From the NCBI GenBank assembly GCA_016776635.1, contig JADHSZ010000004.1:16777-80776 (forward strand): a stretch of 64,000 nt of DNA. Direction: 5' to 3'. The first letter of the stretch is position 1. Each line of letters starts with the position of its first letter. Below, piece by piece: positions 22,076-32,246 of the stretch. The translations under genes and the position numbers were made by a program. The stretch is from Alphaproteobacteria bacterium (GTDB lineage: Bacteria > Pseudomonadota > Alphaproteobacteria > UBA11136). The notes beneath the pieces are model-generated. The model did no database searches, was not told where the DNA came from, and worked only from the letters and a program-made list of their open reading frames with translations.

Positions 22076-25000
22076 TCAGGCCACCTGACGCAGCGCCATC
22101 TCGGAGAAATAACCGCCCTGATCCATCAGTTGCTGATAATTCCCGGCCTCGATGACCCGGCCCTTGTCGATCACATAGATCATGTCGGCGTCGATGATGG
22201 TGCTGAGCCTGTGGGCGATGACAATGCGGGTGCTGTTGAGGGTATTGAGTCCCTGGCGCACGATTTCCTGGGTCTCGTTGTCGAGAGCGCTGGTGGCTTC
22301 GTCGAAAATGAGAATACGCGGCCGATGCACCACCGCGCGGGCGATCATCAAACGCTGGCGCTGACCGCCGGAAAGGGTCGAGGCCCCTTCGCCGAGATAG
22401 GTCTCCATGCCCATGGGCATGGCCTCGATATCCTTGTCGAGTCCAGCCAGCCGCGCCGCTTCCCAGGCATCGTCATGGGAAAGATTGGCGCCGGCGGTAA
22501 TATTGTGGAACACCGAGCCCGACAACAGGCGACCGTTTTGCAGAACCACACCGAAATTGTGGCGCATGGCCCGCTTATCGAGATTGGAAATTTCCTTGTC
22601 GTCAAGAAACACCGAGCCCGCTTCGGGCTCATCGAAGCCAAGGATCAACCGCACCACCGAAGACTTACCCGCCCCCGACGGCCCCACCAGGGCCACGAAC
22701 TGGCCGGGCTTGGCCTCGAAGGTCATGCCGTCGAGAACCAGGGGGCTGTCCTCCTCGTAGCGGAACTGCACATCATGGATCGCCAGCCCCCCCAACACCT
22801 CGCCCGGATCCTCGGAGCCTTCCTCGCTTTCCTGCTTCGCCTCCAGGATCGGCGCCACCCGCTCGTAGAGGGGCTTGATGTTGACAAGCTGGATCAGAAC
22901 GCCGGTGATGCCGAAGACGGCGCCAAGGAACTGCCCAAAGGCCACGTGGAAGGAAACAAATTTCGCGACGGGCATTACCTTTTGCAGCTTTCCGCCGGTG
23001 ATGTCGGCCCAGTCGGTGGGCGCGTGGTAAAACGCCAGCAGCTCATGCCCCTGCCAACCGATGATGAAAATGATCCCGAACACGGCGAAGTAACTAAAGC
23101 CCGACTTGAACACGATGAGCGCGTTGTTCAGGTTCTGCATATAAAAGCTGGTGGACTGGAGTTGGGCATAGGGCATGGCCCATTGGGCAAACGCATTGGG
23201 TTCGCTTCCGGTCACCCGCAGCTTGGACACCGCGCCCAGCAATTGCATGACAATTCCCTGAATCCGTCCGCCCAGGAACAGCATCTCGCGGCTGCGCGAC
23301 AGCACCTTACGGCCAAGGACGTAGGTAATGACGCTGTAAATGGCGCAGATAATCACGGTAATGCCCGCCAGCCGCCAGTTGTAATAGGTCATGAGGCCAA
23401 GACTGAAGAGCCCCACCACGCCGTGCATGAGCGACGTCACCACCGATCCCGACAACAGGCTGCGCATGGCATCCACACCCTGGGCGCGGTTCGCCAGATC
23501 ACCCACCGTATAATCACGGAAGAACGAGGCCGGCAGTTTCAACAGCCGGTCCCATACCGCCGCCTGCACGTCATGGGTCATTCTGCCCTCGATGCGCAGC
23601 ATGGAAAGCGACTGCACCAGCGAGAAGGCCACCATGGAAAATCCGGCAAGAATCAAGGCGCCCACCATGACGGTGAGTTGATCCAACTGCGCCTCGGGAA
23701 TTATGGGGTCCATGATCCAGCCGATGATAATGGGCGTGGCCAGCGATAAAAGACCGGCCACCAGGATCATGGCCACCACCAGGCCCACATCCCGGCCACT
23801 GCCGCGCAGACCAAACATGAGAATATCCGAAGGACGCATCTTTCCGGGCTGGAAGGGACGGTAGAAATAATAAGCGGATTCCGAGAGGGTGGCAGCCAGT
23901 TCGCGTGTCACCTTTGTTCTGGTCCCCGCCACGGGGTCCACAAGTTCGTATTCCCGCGCCGAGACCGGCAACAGGGCGCAGGGTTTCTTGTCCTCGCCGA
24001 CAAAGGCGAGAATAGGCCCCTGGTCCACCCGCCACCATTCCCCTTCCAAAATCACGGTGCGAATAAAGAAACCGGACTGGCGGGCAAGAATCTTCAAGGG
24101 GTCCTTGGCCTTGGCGAGGGGTTGGCTCAATTTCTCCGGCGGCGCCACTTCGATCCCCGCCCTATGGGCCACCGTCTGCGCGGCGGCCACAAGAGGGTCC
24201 GAGGACAGGTCCAGAACCCCCTCCGATCCGGATTCTAGAACCCCGGCCAGCGCCCGCAGGGAACCCGTGAAGCTGCGTTTGGAAAAGATGCGCTTTTGGA
24301 CAAAACGGCTGGCGAAGGATTTTGAGCGGTCCTCAACGGTCTTGGCGAAAACACCGAGGACGCCCGTATGGAGGCAATCCAGATCGCCCATGAGGTTGCC
24401 CTTGCCCAGCCACTGTTCCGTGATGCACGCCTCGAAGCTGCCCTCACCGTCACAGGTCATCCAGGAAGCATTGGTGAGCGGATAAAAGACCTCGCCGTCG
24501 CCGCTCACTGGGCATTTTCCGAATAACGAGAGAGTCCCAGCCGGCGCCGCGACCCAAACCATATTATGGGCGGCCTCGATGCTGGCCCCGGCGGGAACCG
24601 GGGTGGTGGTGTCCGCTGACAACAGAACGGCGTTACCCGGTGGCCGCCCTGGCGCCACACCCTGTAACAGCGGGCCGATCCAGCTTTCCACAAGGGCGGC
24701 TATCTGCGGCTTGGCTTTTTTATCTCCTGCCAGTCCCCGCAGATCATGGCGGGTAGTCTCGGCCAATCTTGCGCCATTGGTGGGTACCGCCACGAGACTA
24801 CCCGGGGTGGAGGTGTCACCAATCCCGAAGACCGCGCCCCCGGCCTCGATCCGCGTTACATGAGTGCGAATGCCGTGAATCCCCTGCGAGGCTTCGGTGG
24901 GACCGTCAACCACATAGAACACGTCCACGCCACCCTGGAGAATCAGCCACAGGCGGTCCGGCCTGGAGAGAAGAAAGGGCGTATTGCTGCCCATGGCCTT

Positions 25001-25147
25001 GGCTTCTCCTTCCACGCCAAGTTTCCCGGCCAGGCCCGCCGCCGGCTCGGCGTTGACGGGTTCCGACTGCGGCTGCGGCTGCGGAGCTTTCGAGGCCGCC
25101 GCCTGCGCCAGCCCGCCCTTGCCAAAAAGATCGTCGAGACCGCTCAT
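22076..25147 (-). CDS. NHLP/Nif11-type bacteriocin export ABC transporter, permease/ATPase subunit (no peptidase domain)
   Basis: 1023 aa. Roughly 470-aa N-terminal soluble region, 6-TM ABC exporter domain, Walker A GPSGAGKS, LSGGQRQR signature, Walker B ILIFDEATSALD. Confidence 0.8.
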   Translation of the reverse strand: MSGLDDLFGKGGLAQAAASKAPQPQPQSEPVNAEPAAGLAGKLGVEGEAKAMGSNTPFLLSRPDRLWLILQGGVDVFYVVDGPTEASQGIHGIRTHVTRIEAGGAVFGIGDTSTPGSLVAVPTNGARLAETTRHDLRGLAGDKKAKPQIAALVESWIGPLLQGVAPGRPPGNAVLLSADTTTPVPAGASIEAAHNMVWVAAPAGTLSLFGKCPVSGDGEVFYPLTNASWMTCDGEGSFEACITEQWLGKGNLMGDLDCLHTGVLGVFAKTVEDRSKSFASRFVQKRIFSKRSFTGSLRALAGVLESGSEGVLDLSSDPLVAAAQTVAHRAGIEVAPPEKLSQPLAKAKDPLKILARQSGFFIRTVILEGEWWRVDQGPILAFVGEDKKPCALLPVSAREYELVDPVAGTRTKVTRELAATLSESAYYFYRPFQPGKMRPSDILMFGLRGSGRDVGLVVAMILVAGLLSLATPIIIGWIMDPIIPEAQLDQLTVMVGALILAGFSMVAFSLVQSLSMLRIEGRMTHDVQAAVWDRLLKLPASFFRDYTVGDLANRAQGVDAMRSLLSGSVVTSLMHGVVGLFSLGLMTYYNWRLAGITVIICAIYSVITYVLGRKVLSRSREMLFLGGRIQGIVMQLLGAVSKLRVTGSEPNAFAQWAMPYAQLQSTSFYMQNLNNALIVFKSGFSYFAVFGIIFIIGWQGHELLAFYHAPTDWADITGGKLQKVMPVAKFVSFHVAFGQFLGAVFGITGVLIQLVNIKPLYERVAPILEAKQESEEGSEDPGEVLGGLAIHDVQFRYEEDSPLVLDGMTFEAKPGQFVALVGPSGAGKSSVVRLILGFDEPEAGSVFLDDKEISNLDKRAMRHNFGVVLQNGRLLSGSVFHNITAGANLSHDDAWEAARLAGLDKDIEAMPMGMETYLGEGASTLSGGQRQRLMIARAVVHRPRILIFDEATSALDNETQEIVRQGLNTLNSTRIVIAHRLSTIIDADMIYVIDKGRVIEAGNYQQLMDQGGYFSEMALRQVA

Positions 25148-27375
25148 TGCATCGCCACCAGTTCTGAATAGCGGCCCTTATTGGCCATCAGCTGATCGTG
25201 GTTCCCGCGCTCGATAATCTTGCCCTGCTCGAGGACGATGATCTCGTCACAGTCGCGGATGGTGCTGAGCCTGTGGGCAACGATGATGCAGGTGCATCCC
25301 CGCCGCCGCAGATTATCGTCGATATGTTTCTCGGTCAGCGGGTCAAGGGCCGAGGTGGCTTCATCAAGAACCAGCACCGACGGCTCCTGAGCCAGGGCGC
25401 GGGCGATTTCAAGCCGCTGTGACTGGCCGCCGCTGAAATTGGCGTTACCTTCGGCGACCCGGCTTTCATAGCCCCCGGCGCGCGAAGCGATGATCTGATG
25501 CACATCGGCATCCATGGCCGCGCGCACGATGATCTCGTTGGGAATGGTGCTGTCCCACATGGTCAGGTTTTCGCGGATAGTGCCCTCGAACAGAAAAATC
25601 TCCTGGTCCACCGCCCCTACCGATGACGTGAAAACGGCGCGAGGCACCTTATTGATAGGCTGCCCGTCGTAAAGGACCTCGCCGCCCGTGGGCTGATAAA
25701 GCCCGAGAATAAGCCTGGAAAGGGTGCTTTTTCCGCTGCCCGACCCTCCCACCAGGGCCACGCGCTGGCCGGGTGCCACATCCAGATTAAAATCTTCGAT
25801 CAACGGAGGGTCCAACGGGTTATATCCGAAGCTCACATCACGCAGTTGCAGCGCGCCGGAAAGTCTGGCGATGGGCGTCTTTTCCCCCTCGCCGTTTTCG
25901 GGAGCCTCGTCATCGGCATCTTCGTCACCGTCATCGCTCTGAAATACGCTGTCCAGTTCGTATCTTTGCACATCGCTCAGCCGGTTGAGGTCGCCGCCAA
26001 TTTCCTGCAGCTGCGATCCGAAGCCCACGAACTGGTGAATGGGTCCGGTGAAATGGACCATCAGGCTCTGGAACGCAATCAGCCCGCCAATGGTGAGCTC
26101 GCCGCCGACGATCAACAAGCCGCCGACGCCGAGAATCAGCCCCGTATTGAGGTGGTTGAGCGCGCCGGGAACGCTGGAGAGCTTCTGCATGGTGACGCCC
26201 AGCTGTTGTTGGGCGTTGATGCCGTTGGTCTGGTAGCCGGACCAGATATTAAAGAAATCACTTTCGGTGCCGGTGGCTTTCAGGGTTTCAATGGCCTGCA
26301 GCCCCGCCATGGAGGCCCCCACCGTCTTGGCCTGCTGGTTGAGAAGATGGCTGTTGGTGTCCTTGATCCGGCGCCGCACCACACCCACCGCCAACAGGTC
26401 GAAGCAGGCCAGCCCCACGGCGATCAGCGTCAGGGGGACGCTGTAGATAGCCATCACGGTGAGGTAAAAGACGATCATCAGGCTGTTGGCGAGCGTGCTC
26501 GACAGCGGCCCCGATAACAGCGCCGCCACGCGATGACAGGACTGCACCCGCGAGGCCACGTCGCCCACGTAACGCTGGGTATAGAACACCACCGGCACCC
26601 GCAGCACATGCCAGAAGAACTGGCCGGCGGAAGATATGGCGAGCTTGATCTGGACCCGCAGCAAATAGCGTTGCTGAAGATAGGTCAGCACCGAACTGAA
26701 TATAGCCGTTAAGGCCAGCCCCACCAGGATCGGCAACAGCCAGTCGTTATCGCCCCGGGTCAGCACATTATCGATGAAGTTCTTAAGGAAGGCCGGCATC
26801 AACAGCCCCGGCACCACCAGCATCAGCGTCACCAGAACCACAAATGCCAGTACTCCCTGGGAACCGTGCAACCGCGAGGCCAGGGCCTTGAACAGGCTTT
26901 GCCGCTCACCGCCTTTCTGGAAATCCGGACCCGGCTCCATTTCCAGCATGATCCCGGTAAAGCCGTCGCTGAATTCCTGGCGGGTGATGCGGCGCGGCCC
27001 GGAGGCCGGGTCATTAACACACACATGCGTCTTGTCGGCGCCTTCCACCACCAGGAAGTGATTGAAATTCCAGAAAACGATAAAAGGAGTCTGGCTGGCC
27101 AGGGCCTCATCGGCTTCGGCCTTGGACCCCTTGGCGTCGAGGCCATAACCGCGGGCCGCCTTGACCACGTTGCCGGCCTTGGCCCCGTCGCGGGAGACGC
27201 CAGTGGCCACGCGCAGCTCTTCCAGCGGCACCCAGCGCCCGTAATAGGCCAACATAATGGCCAGCGCCGCAGCACCGCACTCCACGGCCTCCATCTGCAG
27301 GACCGTGGGCGTGTGCACCCGTTTCATGGGGCCGGACCAGGCCGCCTTCTCCCCTGTCTTCCCCCCTGGCGCCAC
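25144..27375 (-). CDS. NHLP/Nif11-type bacteriocin export ABC transporter with N-terminal C39 peptidase domain (Gly-Gly leader cleaving)
   Basis: 743 aa. C39 motif QMEAVECGAAALAIMLAYYG, transmembrane domain, Walker A GGSGSGKST, LSGGQSQR, LVLDEATSALD. Overlaps the upstream ABC gene by 4 nt. Confidence 0.85.
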   Translation of the reverse strand: MAPGGKTGEKAAWSGPMKRVHTPTVLQMEAVECGAAALAIMLAYYGRWVPLEELRVATGVSRDGAKAGNVVKAARGYGLDAKGSKAEADEALASQTPFIVFWNFNHFLVVEGADKTHVCVNDPASGPRRITRQEFSDGFTGIMLEMEPGPDFQKGGERQSLFKALASRLHGSQGVLAFVVLVTLMLVVPGLLMPAFLKNFIDNVLTRGDNDWLLPILVGLALTAIFSSVLTYLQQRYLLRVQIKLAISSAGQFFWHVLRVPVVFYTQRYVGDVASRVQSCHRVAALLSGPLSSTLANSLMIVFYLTVMAIYSVPLTLIAVGLACFDLLAVGVVRRRIKDTNSHLLNQQAKTVGASMAGLQAIETLKATGTESDFFNIWSGYQTNGINAQQQLGVTMQKLSSVPGALNHLNTGLILGVGGLLIVGGELTIGGLIAFQSLMVHFTGPIHQFVGFGSQLQEIGGDLNRLSDVQRYELDSVFQSDDGDEDADDEAPENGEGEKTPIARLSGALQLRDVSFGYNPLDPPLIEDFNLDVAPGQRVALVGGSGSGKSTLSRLILGLYQPTGGEVLYDGQPINKVPRAVFTSSVGAVDQEIFLFEGTIRENLTMWDSTIPNEIIVRAAMDADVHQIIASRAGGYESRVAEGNANFSGGQSQRLEIARALAQEPSVLVLDEATSALDPLTEKHIDDNLRRRGCTCIIVAHRLSTIRDCDEIIVLEQGKIIERGNHDQLMANKGRYSELVAMQ

Positions 27376-27378
27376 CGG

Positions 27379-28632
27379 TCAGCCTCCCGTGACCCAGGTC
27401 TTGAATATGGGAACCACAAGATTTATGGGACGTTCCTCGCGCACCGTCACCGAGGCAAAGGCCGTATCGCCGGTGGTAACCTTCAGAGGCGGACCCTTGG
27501 AAGACGACCATTTAAGCCCGCTGAAGGTCTTGGGATCCTTCTTCAGCGAGATCACCACCTTGATGGGGGCCCCGGCGCCCATCATTTTCTCCACCAGCGC
27601 CTCGTTACCCAAAACCGCCATCAGCCCGGCCTGGGTTTCCGGCAGGTCGCTCACCGTATCCACCTTGCCCCTGATGCTGCCGTAAAGGTCACGCTCTATG
27701 GAGGAGGGCGCCACCTCGGCGGACATGCCGGGATGGATTTTCTTGCCCTTGCCGATCTCAAAATAGGTGACCAGCTCCAAGTCTTTGCCGGACTTCTCGA
27801 TGACGGCCACTTGGCCATCGGTCTTCACAAGCGCGCCGAGCTTGACGTCGATCTCGGTGACGCGGCCGTCCACGGGGCTGAAGATTTCCTTTTCCGTCTC
27901 CAGGGAGGTCTTGACCTCCTCAAGACTGTTTTCGGCGGTGATGACCTGTTGTTCCAGTTCGGACAGGGTGCGGCGCTGTTGGTTCTCGAATTCCACCTGG
28001 GCGGAGCGCGCCTCGGCGATTTTGTTGCGGCTGTCGCGGATGGACTGTTCGGTGGCAAAGATATCGCTGCGCGTCTGCTCCAGCTGTTTGCGGGTGATAT
28101 ATCCTTTTGCCAGCTCCTCCTGCTGGGCTTCGTAGAGCGGCTGCAGGAAATCCAGGTGATTCTTATCGGCCGTGATCTTGGCATTGAGGGCTGTGATGGT
28201 ATCCCGCATATTGGCCTTGCGGCTGCTCACATCCTTCACCGAGAACGCCGACTGGCGGTCATACTGGCCCTGCAAATTATTCAGGGTGCGGTGGGCATCC
28301 CGCAGCTGGGCCTCGCGGCTGGGCAGGGACAACACCGCGAGGCGGGCGCCCTTCTTCACCATCTGGCCCACCTTCACGTCGACTGAATCGATACGCCCGG
28401 CGGCGGGCGCAATCACACTGTAGACGACCCCGCCACGGTCGAGAATAACACCCATGCCCTTGACCTGGACCGGCACGCTCCCCACCACGCCCCAGACGGT
28501 GACGATAGCAACGATGACGAACATCACGGTAAGGCTGAGCCAGCCAATGGGTGAGGTAAGCCTGAGCGCCGTATCCAGCTGCTCCGGACTGCGGAGCTTC
28601 CTGATCGCTTCGTCGCGGAAAAGGTCCGACAT
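27379..28632 (-). CDS. HlyD-family secretion (membrane fusion) protein of the NHLP export system
   Basis: 417 aa. N-terminal transmembrane anchor, long coiled coil, beta-barrel/lipoyl-like domains. Confidence 0.8.
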   Translation of the reverse strand: MSDLFRDEAIRKLRSPEQLDTALRLTSPIGWLSLTVMFVIVAIVTVWGVVGSVPVQVKGMGVILDRGGVVYSVIAPAAGRIDSVDVKVGQMVKKGARLAVLSLPSREAQLRDAHRTLNNLQGQYDRQSAFSVKDVSSRKANMRDTITALNAKITADKNHLDFLQPLYEAQQEELAKGYITRKQLEQTRSDIFATEQSIRDSRNKIAEARSAQVEFENQQRRTLSELEQQVITAENSLEEVKTSLETEKEIFSPVDGRVTEIDVKLGALVKTDGQVAVIEKSGKDLELVTYFEIGKGKKIHPGMSAEVAPSSIERDLYGSIRGKVDTVSDLPETQAGLMAVLGNEALVEKMMGAGAPIKVVISLKKDPKTFSGLKWSSSKGPPLKVTTGDTAFASVTVREERPINLVVPIFKTWVTGG

Positions 28633-28765
28633 CTCTCCCCCCTGTGGGCCTCCTTAATTACCTCACTCTGAAGGCCTGACCGGGCATCCTACAATCTTGT
28701 GTGCCACAGGGAAACGGGGAGGTGTATTCCGCCTTCCCGCGCCACAGAGGATTATCAGGCTGCCG

Positions 28766-29929
28766 TCAGGGGATTTCCTTGCCGTCGGGTCCGTACCATC
28801 CCTTGTAGATTTCGCCACAGCCATAATAGTCGATATTGGGCGGCACGTAATCAGCCCCTTCATCATCCCGGTGAAGAAGGCGGAGTTCGAAACTGATGCG
28901 AGTGGTGTCGCCGCTATGAACGGCACTGGCGTGAAGATGGTGGGTAGCAAAACAGAACACGTCTCCCACCTCCAGGGGCGGGGCCACCACGCGGTCCCGG
29001 TTCACCGTCTCGCGGATGGCGGGCGCCAGCCCCAGCCCCACATATTGCCGCCAGATATCGTAGCCGAGCGTAGCGTTTTCGATGCTTTTGAGGTAGTAGC
29101 GGGGAAACACCTGCAGCGTGGCATCGGCGGCAATGGGCCAGACCGGCCCCCATAAATTGATCTGGTGCTGGGGCGAGCCGTACCAGGTGTCGCGGTGGGC
29201 CGGCAGAAAGCCCGAAACGGTGGTTCGATAAAACCCCGGCGCTGGGCTTCCCTCGGGAAAGACCAGTCGGAATCCCGGCCATTCATAGATCACCCGCGCC
29301 GGATCCATTCCCATCTGCTCCACGAGGGTGGTCATAATGGGATGAATTCGCTCGTCTTCAAGAAACGCCTCATAGGTTTCCTTCACGATCCGGGTATAGG
29401 TTTCGAGGTCCAGCTTGCCGTGGGCCTCGCGGGGGGCATGGGGATAGAAAGCGCGGACCAGAACCTCCCGGATTACCGCCACCAGGTCAGCAATGGCGGG
29501 AACCTGGCGTGCCGCAATGCTCTCGCCCTCCAGGATTCCCCGTCGGTCCAGCGTAAAGCCGTCCTCGTAATCCAGAACCTGCCCTCCCGCGGCGCAGTCC
29601 CGGTCCATGGGCACCGGCATCGGGATATCGCCGCGGTCCCGGCGTTCCAAAAGCTCCCGGCGATGGCGCAGATCGCGCTCGCTGAGATCGTTCTCGATTT
29701 TCCGTTCCAGATAGTCGCTCAACTCGGCGCCGGTGAAATGAAAGCCATGGGCGTTGGCGAAGGCGGCGATGGCATCGGTGGCATTGGGGGAAAAGTCAAT
29801 CTGGGACAATTCATCCATGAGGGTAGGCGTGGTCATGACAGCGCCAGTAAAGGACTCGATGCTCCCCCTGCTGATCCAGGCCAGAAAGTCCCGGCCCTGT
29901 TCAAGGTCGTTTGCATTGGTTGATTCCAT
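28766..29929 (-). CDS. Nif11-like N-terminal domain fused to a putative Fe(II)/2-oxoglutarate-dependent oxygenase-like (PhyH/cupin-like) domain
   Basis: N-terminus DFLAWISRG..TLMDEL..PNATDAIAAFANAHGFHFTGAELSDY matches the Nif11 pattern. C-terminal half carries an HxD...H arrangement (LPAHRDTWYG ... CFATHHLHASAVH). Confidence 0.45.
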   Translation of the reverse strand: MESTNANDLEQGRDFLAWISRGSIESFTGAVMTTPTLMDELSQIDFSPNATDAIAAFANAHGFHFTGAELSDYLERKIENDLSERDLRHRRELLERRDRGDIPMPVPMDRDCAAGGQVLDYEDGFTLDRRGILEGESIAARQVPAIADLVAVIREVLVRAFYPHAPREAHGKLDLETYTRIVKETYEAFLEDERIHPIMTTLVEQMGMDPARVIYEWPGFRLVFPEGSPAPGFYRTTVSGFLPAHRDTWYGSPQHQINLWGPVWPIAADATLQVFPRYYLKSIENATLGYDIWRQYVGLGLAPAIRETVNRDRVVAPPLEVGDVFCFATHHLHASAVHSGDTTRISFELRLLHRDDEGADYVPPNIDYYGCGEIYKGWYGPDGKEIP

Positions 29930-30082
29930 GCTGGCCTCCGATTGAAAAACACATTCACGGCCTGATGTTCACATAACGGGAATGAACTGGCTACTCCCTT
30001 TGGAAACCCCTCCCCTGTCCGCGGCCACGGGCGGCCTTATGTTGACCCTTCGGGAAATGTGCATTAAGTCACGGTCTCCCTG

Positions 30083-31339
30083 ATGACTACGAGAACCATG
30101 CCCGATCTTCCTCACACCCCCTTTCAAGCTCAGTTGTTGCGCCTGTCTTCCTTGGCGGCGGCGCTGGGCACCGGGCTTGCCGTGCCTCTTGTGGCCTTGG
30201 GGCCGGCAACCATGGCCGGGGCCATGACAATTCTTGTGGTGTCTCTTGTGGTGGCCGCGAGCTGTGACCGTGGCGCCTTGATCAAAAACACGGTGGGACA
30301 CGCCTTTACGCTTGTGGGCGGAGCGGTTTTATTGGTTTTCGCCTGTTGGCTCATAAGCGCCCTGGGCTCGTTCGAACCCGAGCGCTCTTTGGAAAAATGG
30401 GGCCGCACGTTGGTTTTTATCCCCGTGGCGGTGATGCTGTGCCGTCATTTATCCAGCGACAGAAAGGCCCTGGAACTCGGTCTTCGCACACTTTTAATTG
30501 CCACCCTGCTGTGCGGTATCTTCGTGCTGTTGTGCCGGTATTACGAACCGGAAACCCCCGACTTCCTGAAATACAGCTTCGCCGGAGACCTCTTTAAAAT
30601 CCTCAAGGGCTATGGCTCCGTTGCCGCCTGTCTCATTCCGGTGACCCTGGTTGCCGGAATTTCACAGGGGGGTCTCTGGCGCTGGCTGGGATTTGCCTGT
30701 GTGCCGGTATTGGTGGGTGTTATTTACGTGGTAGAGAGCCGTGCCGGATTTCTTGGCCTTGGCGGGGGGGCTTTTCTTCTCTTCGTCTGGTGGCTGGTCC
30801 GCAACCTTCCCCACCGGCTAGCCTGGGGCGCGGTCGTCCTGATTATGGCGTCGTCCTCATGGTCGATCATCGACCGGCTGCCGGCGCCGCCTATCACCAA
30901 TGATACCAGCTTTGAAATTCCTTTCGGCCTGATTGACAAGCACCGGCAGATCATCTGGGGCTTTACCCTGGAAAAGGCGAAGGATGCGCCCTGGTTCGGC
31001 CATGGCCCCGACCTTATCAACCGGCTTCCCGGCGCCAATATAAAGATTCCCAATTTTAATCAGCAATATATCCCGGCCCATCCCCACAACTGGGCGATTG
31101 AGATCTTTGCCGAAACCGGCGGAGTAGGCATGGCGGCTTTGTTGGCGGCGCTGTTTTTGTTTTTGCGCGAACTCCTGCGCAGGCCGCCAAACTACCTGAT
31201 CGGCGGGGTCTTGGCGTTGAACGGAATATATTGGATGTCGGGCCTGGCCAATGTCTCGTTTTGGTCCGCATGGTGGCAGGGAAGCTATCTCCTGCTCTCG
31301 GCATTGCTGTTTGCCGTCATGAGGCTGGACGAAGCCTAG
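30083..31339 (+). CDS. O-antigen ligase / Wzy_C-family polytopic membrane protein
   Basis: About 10 transmembrane helices. Periplasmic loop HNWAIEIFAETGGVGMAALL is typical of the O-antigen ligase domain. Confidence 0.55.
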   Translation: MTTRTMPDLPHTPFQAQLLRLSSLAAALGTGLAVPLVALGPATMAGAMTILVVSLVVAASCDRGALIKNTVGHAFTLVGGAVLLVFACWLISALGSFEPERSLEKWGRTLVFIPVAVMLCRHLSSDRKALELGLRTLLIATLLCGIFVLLCRYYEPETPDFLKYSFAGDLFKILKGYGSVAACLIPVTLVAGISQGGLWRWLGFACVPVLVGVIYVVESRAGFLGLGGGAFLLFVWWLVRNLPHRLAWGAVVLIMASSSWSIIDRLPAPPITNDTSFEIPFGLIDKHRQIIWGFTLEKAKDAPWFGHGPDLINRLPGANIKIPNFNQQYIPAHPHNWAIEIFAETGGVGMAALLAALFLFLRELLRRPPNYLIGGVLALNGIYWMSGLANVSFWSAWWQGSYLLLSALLFAVMRLDEA

Positions 31340-31345
31340 AGCGGT

Positions 31346-32122
31346 TCAGCCCTGTTTCTGGAACAGCATTTTGAGCCCGGCGCCGCGATCGGGAACACGG
31401 CGCAGAGAAACAAAGCCATAGCGCCGGAATAACCGGACAAGCGTCTCCTCGGAAAAGAACTGGATATGGATGGGTGGCGAGAACACATCCCATTCCAGAG
31501 GATTCTCGGCCCCGCCCTTCCATTCGATATCGGGAGTGGTAATGAACACAACGCCATCGGGACGCATGAGGGAAGACAGAAAATCCATATAGTCCTCCAC
31601 GTCGTTGACGTGTTCGATTACTTCCGATGAATAGATAAAATCAAACTCCCCGATTTTCCCCCTGAAGCTCCCAAACGAACCCAGGTGGAACTGACATTTC
31701 GGGAACCGCCGCCGGGCATAGGCGATGGCATGGCCATTAACATCGAGACCGTGGCTGTCGCCCCCCATCAGGCGGGCCGCATCAACAAAAAAGCCACCCC
31801 CACAACCCAGGTCCAGAGCTCGCCTGCCCCGGATATAGCGCCGTAATTTCAAAGCGTTGAAAAAGGCGCGGCGTCTGCGCGACGAGGCTTTGGGAAAAAA
31901 ATGTTCGTCAACGGCGCCTTCCCCGTCACCGCCCTTATACATTTCGTTCAATTGTTCCTGGGCCGGGCGGGGATGACAGAAAATATAATCGCAGGAAGCG
32001 CATTGAATGACGGAACAACCGTTTTTTTCGCCATAGGACGAGAAAACGGAAGACAGGCACACCGGGCAATGGGATGGCGCGCCCCCGGATTCAGGGCCGT
32101 TGTCTGATACGGATGAGGTCAT
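31346..32122 (-). CDS. Class I SAM-dependent methyltransferase with N-terminal Cys4 zinc ribbon
   Basis: CPVCLS...CASCDYIFC ribbon, then motif I LDLGCGGGFFV and motif II IYSSEVIEHV. Confidence 0.6.
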   Translation of the reverse strand: MTSSVSDNGPESGGAPSHCPVCLSSVFSSYGEKNGCSVIQCASCDYIFCHPRPAQEQLNEMYKGGDGEGAVDEHFFPKASSRRRRAFFNALKLRRYIRGRRALDLGCGGGFFVDAARLMGGDSHGLDVNGHAIAYARRRFPKCQFHLGSFGSFRGKIGEFDFIYSSEVIEHVNDVEDYMDFLSSLMRPDGVVFITTPDIEWKGGAENPLEWDVFSPPIHIQFFSEETLVRLFRRYGFVSLRRVPDRGAGLKMLFQKQG

Positions 32123-32246
32123 AACACCCTCGGGGGCTTGTGTGTTTTTTTGACCATATGACTTTCTACGATAGCTCTCCCCCGTCCGCCACGATACTTT
32201 CTATAACCGTTTCCAGACCACTCCGCGGCGAGAGAGACTCAAAGAC

